Assembly: GCA_903939735.1 (NCBI GenBank)
Contig: CAJAIA010000028.1
Location: 48,978 to 112,977 of the forward strand
Source of the DNA: an uncultured Ignavibacteria bacterium
GTDB taxonomy: Bacteria > Bacteroidota > Ignavibacteria > Kapaibacteriales > Kapaibacteriaceae
DNA length: 64,000 nt
Direction: 5' to 3'
Part shown: positions 57,971-64,000 of the stretch, piece after piece
How the letters are laid out: each line of letters opens with the position of its first letter
How positions within the stretch are numbered: the stretch's first letter is position 1
Translations under genes and position numbers: made by a program
The notes under the pieces: generated by a model
Databases searched by the model: none
Seen by the model: the letters and a program-made list of their open reading frames with translations, nothing else
What the model was told of the DNA's origin: nothing

Positions 57971-59227
57971 TTAGGTCGTTAGGATTCGTAGGGCTTTGGC
58001 AAGTGCGGTCTCAAACACCTGCAGATCAGACTCCGATGTATAGGCTGCAACAGAGACGCGTGCAGCTGAGTTCACCCCAAGACGTCGGAGCAATGGCATT
58101 GTGCAGTGATGTCCGGTGCGGATTGCCACACCTTGCTCGTCGAGCAATACGCCGAGATCCTGCGCATGGACACCGTCAACAACGAACGATACAATCCCTG
58201 TGCGTCGAGCATGCTCTCCACCAAGAAGACGCGCAGCTGGATGGCTCACGATGGCAGCTTCAATACGGCGCGTGCACGCAAGTTCATGTGCAAGCACAGA
58301 CACCCGATCGTACTGCTGCACCCACGCAATGGCGGCTGCTAATCCAATCGCACCCTCCATATTCGGTGTTCCCGCCTCGAAACGAAGAGGTGCGTCTTGA
58401 TAGGTGCTTCCTTCCCAACGCACGTCCTCGATCATCGCACCGCCTCCCTGATACGGGGGGAGATCGGCCAAGACTTCAGCACGACCAGCAACAACACCAA
58501 TCCCCGTCGGACCGTACAGCTTGTGTCCGGACCAGACGAAGAAGTCACAGCCGAGGTCGCGCATATCGATGGCATGGTGCACCACCGACTGCGCACCGTC
58601 AACAAGTGAGAGTGCTCCAACCGCACGCGCCATTGCACAGAGCTCCTTCACGGGCTGCTCTGTGCCAAGCGTATTCGATACGTGAACGACCGAAACGATG
58701 ACCGTCGAATCATCAATCAATGACTGTGCATGCTCGAGCGATATCACACCTGCTTCATCAACGGGAATCACACGGAGTGATGCGCCTGATTGCTCGCATA
58801 GCATCTGCCATGGAACAATGTTCGCATGGTGCTCAAGCTCAGATATGACAATCGACTTGCCACGTAACGTAGATCCGAGCTTCTTACCAAGCGACGCTGC
58901 AATGAGATTGATACCATCGGTTGTTCCACGCGTGAAGATCACCTCGGAGACGTCGCACCCCATGAACCCCGCGACCCGTGCGCGCGCATGTTCATATTGC
59001 TCCGTTGCCTCAGTCCCAAGCACGTGTCCACCACGGTGCACGTTTGCGTTGGATGTGCGATAGTAGTCCGTTATCGTCGTCAGTACCGCCTCTGGCTTTT
59101 GCGCAGTTGCAGCACTATCGAGGTAAACAAGTGGTCGACCACCATGCACCGTACGGTCAAGAATCCGAAACTGCGAACGTAGTTCGTGATGATTCTCAGC
59201 GTTCAAGATGGTCGCAGCGTCGATCAC
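57971..59227 (-). CDS. sufS: Cysteine desulfurase SufS
   Basis: YLDSAATAQKP, EHHANIVPW, DGAQ, SGHKLYGPTG, RTGHHC. Confidence 0.96.
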   Translation of the reverse strand: MIDAATILNAENHHELRSQFRILDRTVHGGRPLVYLDSAATAQKPEAVLTTITDYYRTSNANVHRGGHVLGTEATEQYEHARARVAGFMGCDVSEVIFTRGTTDGINLIAASLGKKLGSTLRGKSIVISELEHHANIVPWQMLCEQSGASLRVIPVDEAGVISLEHAQSLIDDSTVIVSVVHVSNTLGTEQPVKELCAMARAVGALSLVDGAQSVVHHAIDMRDLGCDFFVWSGHKLYGPTGIGVVAGRAEVLADLPPYQGGGAMIEDVRWEGSTYQDAPLRFEAGTPNMEGAIGLAAAIAWVQQYDRVSVLAHELACTRRIEAAIVSHPAARLLGGEHARRTGIVSFVVDGVHAQDLGVLLDEQGVAIRTGHHCTMPLLRRLGVNSAARVSVAAYTSESDLQVFETALAKALRILTT

Positions 59228-60567
59228 TCAGCAAATGGCTCCGCACCCAGCTTCTCAGCAATGCGTTCTTCGAGATGTTGACGAAGCGATGGAAGTTCGA
59301 TACGCTCGATAACTTCGGCTACGAAAGCGTACGTCATGAGTGCACGTGCCTTTGCTGCATCTATTCCGCGTGACTGGAGATAGAACACGGCGTCCTCATC
59401 GAGCTGACCTGTTGTGGCACCGTGTGAACACTTCACATCGTCTGCCCAGATTTCAAGCTGCGGCTTCGAGTTCATCTGCGCGCGTTCGCTCAAAAGGATT
59501 GCATGACTTGATTGATAGGCCGTTGTCTTCTGCGCCTGTGGGCGCACATAGATCTTTCCGTTGAACACACCTACCGATGAACCATCGTAGATCCCCTTGT
59601 AGAGCTCTTCGCTATGGCAATGGGGCACGCAGTGATCAACAGTGGTATGATTGTCAGCATACTCGTGCCCTTGCAACACGGATGTGCCGAACAAGAAGCC
59701 CTGACTTGATGGTTCGCATAAGCGCACGGCCGCGTCATTACGGACGAATGCTCCGCCGAGAGAGGCCGTGTGAGCCGTAAAGGATCCGTCACGTGCGACA
59801 TCAGCACTCGTGCTTCCAATGTGCCTCATCGACTCACCGTCATCAATCACTTTGTGGTAGCGAACGTGAGCATTGGCAGCAACCGACACCTCAGCAACGG
59901 TGACGTCCAGCGCCGTCATGTCACCAATCGTATGGTGCGATTCAACCACATCGAAGCTCGACCCCTGCTCTGCAACAACGACGATGCGCGGCGTTGAAAG
60001 TCGATGGGATGTACGCGTATCAGCAATACAGGCAATATGAATTGGTCGCTCGAGGCGAACGTTCGCATCGACATGGATCACAACACCCTGATCCGCCAAC
60101 GCCAGATTCATGGCGACAAACGGATGGGACTGTGCTGGCGCGTTTGAACCAACGACGCCTGCAATGCGAGCATCAGCTGCTATGGTAGCATCGGTAAGCG
60201 GCAGAATGCGAAGTCCAGGCACATGCTCTGGTATTGAAGAATGCGCTCGATCGATACGCCCGTTAATCAGGACAATACGCCAGCCACTTTCAAGTGCATC
60301 TGCGATTGGACCAATCGTGCGTGCACATTCTGCGTCAGTGATGAAGCACGTTGTGCACAGCGTCATCGCATACTCGATGCCGATGAAGGGAAGCACATTG
60401 GTGTACTTCCACTCTTCGTGTCGCGTCGTTGGCACCCCTTGTTCGAGGAATGCATCGAGAGCAGCGGTACGCTGCTGATGAAGCGGATGGTCGGCATGAC
60501 CATTGATACTACGCGCGAGTTCTTGATGTGCTGTTCGCACATTCTCGCGCAGGATCTCAATTGGCAT
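59224..60567 (-). CDS. sufD: Fe-S assembly protein SufD
   Basis: EEWKYT, VFNGKIYV...AQKT, KPQLEIWADDVKCSHGAT.G, FYLQSRGI. Confidence 0.95.
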   Translation of the reverse strand: MPIEILRENVRTAHQELARSINGHADHPLHQQRTAALDAFLEQGVPTTRHEEWKYTNVLPFIGIEYAMTLCTTCFITDAECARTIGPIADALESGWRIVLINGRIDRAHSSIPEHVPGLRILPLTDATIAADARIAGVVGSNAPAQSHPFVAMNLALADQGVVIHVDANVRLERPIHIACIADTRTSHRLSTPRIVVVAEQGSSFDVVESHHTIGDMTALDVTVAEVSVAANAHVRYHKVIDDGESMRHIGSTSADVARDGSFTAHTASLGGAFVRNDAAVRLCEPSSQGFLFGTSVLQGHEYADNHTTVDHCVPHCHSEELYKGIYDGSSVGVFNGKIYVRPQAQKTTAYQSSHAILLSERAQMNSKPQLEIWADDVKCSHGATTGQLDEDAVFYLQSRGIDAAKARALMTYAFVAEVIERIELPSLRQHLEERIAEKLGAEPFAE

Positions 60568-61335
60568 TTATGCCTCCACCGATGCTTCGTTCTTGATCCA
60601 GTCGTATCCGCGCTTCTCGAGTTCAAGAGCGAGCGACGCATCACCGGAGCGAACGATTCGTCCGTTCCAGAGAACGTGTACAACATCAGGTACGATGTAA
60701 TCCAGCAGACGCTGATAGTGTGTGATCACAACAGTCGCGTTGTTGGATGAACGCAATGCATTGACACCACCGGCAACGATGCGCAGAGCATCGATATCGA
60801 GTCCGGAGTCTGTCTCATCGAGCACCGACAATGTTGGCTCTAGCATCGCCATCTGGAAGATCTCGTTACGCTTCTTCTCACCACCAGAGAATCCCTGGTT
60901 GAGCGATCGATTGAGAAACGATGAATCCATTTCGACGAGCTTCATCTTCTCGCGCATCAGCGCAAGGAACTGTGCTGGTTCAAGCGGATCGAGACCGCGA
61001 TGCTTGCGCAGTTCACTTACAGCTGTCTTCAAGAAGTTCGCTGTTGATACACCTGGGATCTCGATCGGATACTGGAATGCGAGGAACATGCCTTCACGCG
61101 CACGTTCTTCCGGTGACATGTCCAGTAGATCCTTTCCCATGAAGGTGACCGACCCACCTGAAACGGCATAGTCCTCACGTCCAGCAAGAACTGATGCAAG
61201 TGTCGACTTGCCAGATCCGTTTGGACCCATGATGGCGTGTACTTCGCCGGGGTTGACGACAAGGTCGATCCCCTTGAGGATCTCGCGGTCTTCGATACCG
61301 GCCGTGAGTTGTTGAATGCTGAGGATTGGTGTCAT
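60568..61335 (-). CDS. sufC: Fe-S assembly ATPase SufC
   Basis: [51 protein letters not shown]. Confidence 0.97.
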   Translation of the reverse strand: MTPILSIQQLTAGIEDREILKGIDLVVNPGEVHAIMGPNGSGKSTLASVLAGREDYAVSGGSVTFMGKDLLDMSPEERAREGMFLAFQYPIEIPGVSTANFLKTAVSELRKHRGLDPLEPAQFLALMREKMKLVEMDSSFLNRSLNQGFSGGEKKRNEIFQMAMLEPTLSVLDETDSGLDIDALRIVAGGVNALRSSNNATVVITHYQRLLDYIVPDVVHVLWNGRIVRSGDASLALELEKRGYDWIKNEASVEA

Positions 61336-62777
61336 CCGACGCTACCTTCGAGAGAAATTGCAAGGAGTTTTTGCGCTTCCACGGCGAATTCCATGGGAAG
61401 CTGATTGAGGACTTCACGAGCGTAGCCGTTCACGATCAGCGCCACCGCTGCCTCGGTATCAATGCCACGTTGATTGCAGTAGAAGAGGATGTCCTCGCCG
61501 ATCTTCGATGTTGTGGCTTCATGCTCTACCGTCGCCGAAGCATTGGCGATCTCGAGATACGGGAACGTATGCGCTCCACACGCATCACCGATCAAGAGTG
61601 AATCGCACTGTGAAAAGTTGCGAGCCCCTTCAGAGACTTTCAACACTTTCACGAGACCACGATAACTGTTCTGTGACGTACCCGCTGAGATGCCCTTCGA
61701 AACGATACGACTCCGCGTGTGTTTACCGACGTGCAGCATCTTGGTGCCGGTATCGGCCTGCTGCATGTTGTTTGTGACCGCGACCGAGTAAAACTCACCG
61801 ATGGAATAATCACCCTTGAGAACAACGCTCGGATACTTCCATGTGATCGCCGATCCCGTCTCGACTTGTGTCCACGAGATCTTGCTGTGTGCACCTTCGC
61901 AGATACCGCGCTTGGTAACAAAGTTGTAGATGCCACCATTCCCTTGCTTGTCGCCCGGGAACCAGTTCTGCACGGTAGAGTACTTGATTTCAGCACGTGT
62001 GTGCGCAACCAGTTCGACAACTGCCGCGTGCAGCTGATTCTCATCGCGCTGCGGTGCGGTACATCCTTCGAGGTAGCTCACATAGCTACCTTCATCGGCG
62101 ATGATCAACGTACGCTCAAACTGTCCGGTATTACGCGCGTTAATGCGGAAATACGTGCTGAGCTCGATCGGACAGCGGACACCCTTGGGGATGTAGACGA
62201 ACGAGCCGTCACTGAACACGGCAGAGTTCAATGCAGAATAGAAGTTGTCGCTCGGAGGAACCACAGTTCCGATGTACTGGCGCACGAGCTCTGGATGATC
62301 GCGCAGGGCTTCGCTGATCGGACAGAAGATGATGCCAAGCTCCTTGAGCTTGTCTTGAAATGTGGTCTTTACACTCACACTATCAAGCACAACATCAACA
62401 GCAACACCCGCAAGCATCTTCTGCTCTTCAAGCGGGATACCAAGCTTTGCGAACGTTGCGAGCAACTCAGGGTCGACTTCATCGAGCGAAGCTAGACCTT
62501 CCTTTTTCTTCGGAGCTGCCCAGTAAATGATGTCCTGAAAGTCGATCTTCGGATAGGAGACATTCGGCCACGTCGGTTCCTTCATCGATTGCCAATGACG
62601 GAACGCTTTGAGACGCCACTCAAGCATCCACTCCGGTTCTTCCTTCTTCGCAGAAATAAACCTCACGACGTCCTCACTGAGGCCCTTCGGGAGTAACTCC
62701 TGCTCGATATCAGTCGTGAAGCCGTACTTGTACTCGCTTCCTACGACGTCGTCAAGAATTGATTGTTCTGAATTCAT
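61332..62777 (-). CDS. sufB: Fe-S assembly protein SufB
   Basis: [53 protein letters not shown]. Confidence 0.97.
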   Translation of the reverse strand: MNSEQSILDDVVGSEYKYGFTTDIEQELLPKGLSEDVVRFISAKKEEPEWMLEWRLKAFRHWQSMKEPTWPNVSYPKIDFQDIIYWAAPKKKEGLASLDEVDPELLATFAKLGIPLEEQKMLAGVAVDVVLDSVSVKTTFQDKLKELGIIFCPISEALRDHPELVRQYIGTVVPPSDNFYSALNSAVFSDGSFVYIPKGVRCPIELSTYFRINARNTGQFERTLIIADEGSYVSYLEGCTAPQRDENQLHAAVVELVAHTRAEIKYSTVQNWFPGDKQGNGGIYNFVTKRGICEGAHSKISWTQVETGSAITWKYPSVVLKGDYSIGEFYSVAVTNNMQQADTGTKMLHVGKHTRSRIVSKGISAGTSQNSYRGLVKVLKVSEGARNFSQCDSLLIGDACGAHTFPYLEIANASATVEHEATTSKIGEDILFYCNQRGIDTEAAVALIVNGYAREVLNQLPMEFAVEAQKLLAISLEGSVG

Positions 62778-62781
62778 GGCG

Positions 62782-62789
62782 CAAATATA
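62782..62789 (-). promoter_or_regulatory. -7 promoter element TATATTTG 4 nt before the sufB ATG
   Basis: TAnnTTTG-cgcc-ATG. Confidence 0.6.
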
Positions 62790-62846
62790 CGACTGATTTA
62801 GTCCTGATTTGTCGAGACTCTTCGTTTACTAGCGCCCACGCAACGA

Positions 62847-62888
62847 CAAACGCCGTTGCCGGGTTCCCGTGGGAACTCGACAACGGCG
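62847..62888 (-). terminator. Intrinsic terminator downstream of the Ig-domain gene
   Basis: About 17-bp stem cgccgttgtcgagttcc/ggaacccggcaacggcg (one mismatch) followed by tttg on the minus strand. Confidence 0.65.
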
Positions 62889-62931
62889 CTCATTGGATAG
62901 GTGTTCCTATCGTAATTGCATTAGGGGGCTA

Positions 62932-63999
62932 TCAGCGTCCAACCGTAAATCGTACGTGGCCGAGGCGCTCGCCAGCGCGAACGCGTGCGATGTACACACC
63001 ATTCGACAGCAGGTCTGTCGGGATGCGCACGCGACGAACTCCATCGATCGCGCCCAGTTGCACAGTAGACACGAGTTGACCTTGCATGTCGACAACTGTG
63101 ACGTCATACGAAGCGGCATCGCCGATTAGCTCAAGACTCACATGCTCAGATGCCGGTGTCGGTCCGATAAGGCGCATCCATGCGACATCCGAAGCATTAT
63201 CGTTTTCGACGCTCGTTGTTGGAGTAACAACCACCGTTACTGATTCTGATGTAACGGATCCACAACCGCCTTCAACGCTGCAGCTGTATGAACCTCCATC
63301 AGCGAGTGCTGCAGCTTGCACAGCGTACTCCGCTTGTGTAGCGCCAGTGATTGGTGTTCCATCCTTCTTCCATTGATACTTCAAGTCTGATCCAGATGCA
63401 GCTACGCGCAGTGTGAACGACTTCGACTGCTCAACGGTAAGTCCACTCGGTTGTGTTGTAATTGCTGTGGCCGTTCCGATGCCTACAGTGATCGCTTGCG
63501 ATACGACGCTCGGCGTACATGCGCCACTCACCGTACATGCGTACTGTCCGACCGACGACTGATCTACCGCCGGAATCGTAAACGAAGCAGATGTTGCACC
63601 AGGGATATCAACCGACCCCTTGCGCCACTGATACTTGAGGGTAGCCCCTTCTGCTTCAACGCTCAACGTGACAGGCTTGCCAACACACGCACTAGCACTT
63701 GTTGGCTGCTTTGTGATCGCTGGTGGATTGGAGATTGTAAGGGGCGTGAGAAGCTTGCTGACGTGACCGCGGTAGGAGCTCACACGCACAACATAACGTC
63801 CTGTTGGCAACGCTGTGACCTTCCACTGAAGATTCCGTCCGACGACACGCTGCTTGAGGTCTGTCCAGTTCTCTGTGCCTTCTGGCGCAATCTGAACATA
63901 GAAGTTTGTCGAATCTGCGAAGCCAAGTGATGACCACGAAATTGTGCGGTTTGAACCGACGCACCATGTATCACCACCAGAAGGCGATGTGAGCTCGAG
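62932..63999 (-). CDS. T9SS cargo with tandem immunoglobulin domains (5' end outside window)
   Basis: Frame is open to the window edge (LELTSPSGGDTWCVG...); two Ig domains (P.I..QP...L.V.A.G..L.YQW.K.G..I.GAT...G.Y.C); CTD VVDMQGQ...LSNGVYIARV. Confidence 0.85.
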   Translation of the reverse strand, partial: LELTSPSGGDTWCVGSNRTISWSSLGFADSTNFYVQIAPEGTENWTDLKQRVVGRNLQWKVTALPTGRYVVRVSSYRGHVSKLLTPLTISNPPAITKQPTSASACVGKPVTLSVEAEGATLKYQWRKGSVDIPGATSASFTIPAVDQSSVGQYACTVSGACTPSVVSQAITVGIGTATAITTQPSGLTVEQSKSFTLRVAASGSDLKYQWKKDGTPITGATQAEYAVQAAALADGGSYSCSVEGGCGSVTSESVTVVVTPTTSVENDNASDVAWMRLIGPTPASEHVSLELIGDAASYDVTVVDMQGQLVSTVQLGAIDGVRRVRIPTDLLSNGVYIARVRAGERLGHVRFTVGR

Positions 64000-64000
64000 C

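Noticed and set aside
1..64000. CRISPR array, tRNA/rRNA, IS/transposase, reverse transcriptase/DGR, defence systems
   Set aside because: No regularly spaced repeats, cloverleaf, DDE/RT or nuclease motifs recognised by eye; intergenic spaces are short. Small RNAs cannot be excluded without a covariance search.

Overview
64 kb of gene-dense chromosome from a Bacteroidota/Chlorobi-group bacterium, most consistent with Ca. Kapabacteria/Ignavibacteria-like lineages. This is inferred from TAnnTTTG -7 promoters, Gln-starting mature secreted proteins, T9SS-type C-terminal domains and a split nuo cluster. Housekeeping genes include rplI, rpsF, an S1-like protein, rlmD, corA, an amidase, an MsbA-like ABC transporter, lysS, rlmB, kynU, panD, a short GlmU, mce, gpmA, nuoM/N, pth and an extended SUF cluster (sufBCDSE-sufT-PaaE-like reductase-Rrf2-iscA, followed by sod-LonN-PP2C). 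The most striking element is an 11.5 kb, nine-gene, mostly translationally coupled minus-strand operon (40534-52014) of signal-peptide proteins. Four carry phage-tail-fibre-like modules, three are beta-solenoid-like with matching N- and C-terminal strands (one with a dockerin-like tail), one is a cohesin-like/T9SS-CTD protein and one is an outer-membrane barrel. It is a candidate undescribed cell-surface fibre or appendage system. Other notable items are an exported TldD/TldE pair, a Cys-rich leader-type ORF ahead of a CC-motif TonB receptor, a TWGxIKxxFR C-terminal motif protein, rpsF-rplI without rpsR but with an S6:S18-like leader, and a tandem TetR. No tRNA, rRNA, CRISPR array or mobile element was recognised. 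All family calls are by eye from motifs, not from database searches.
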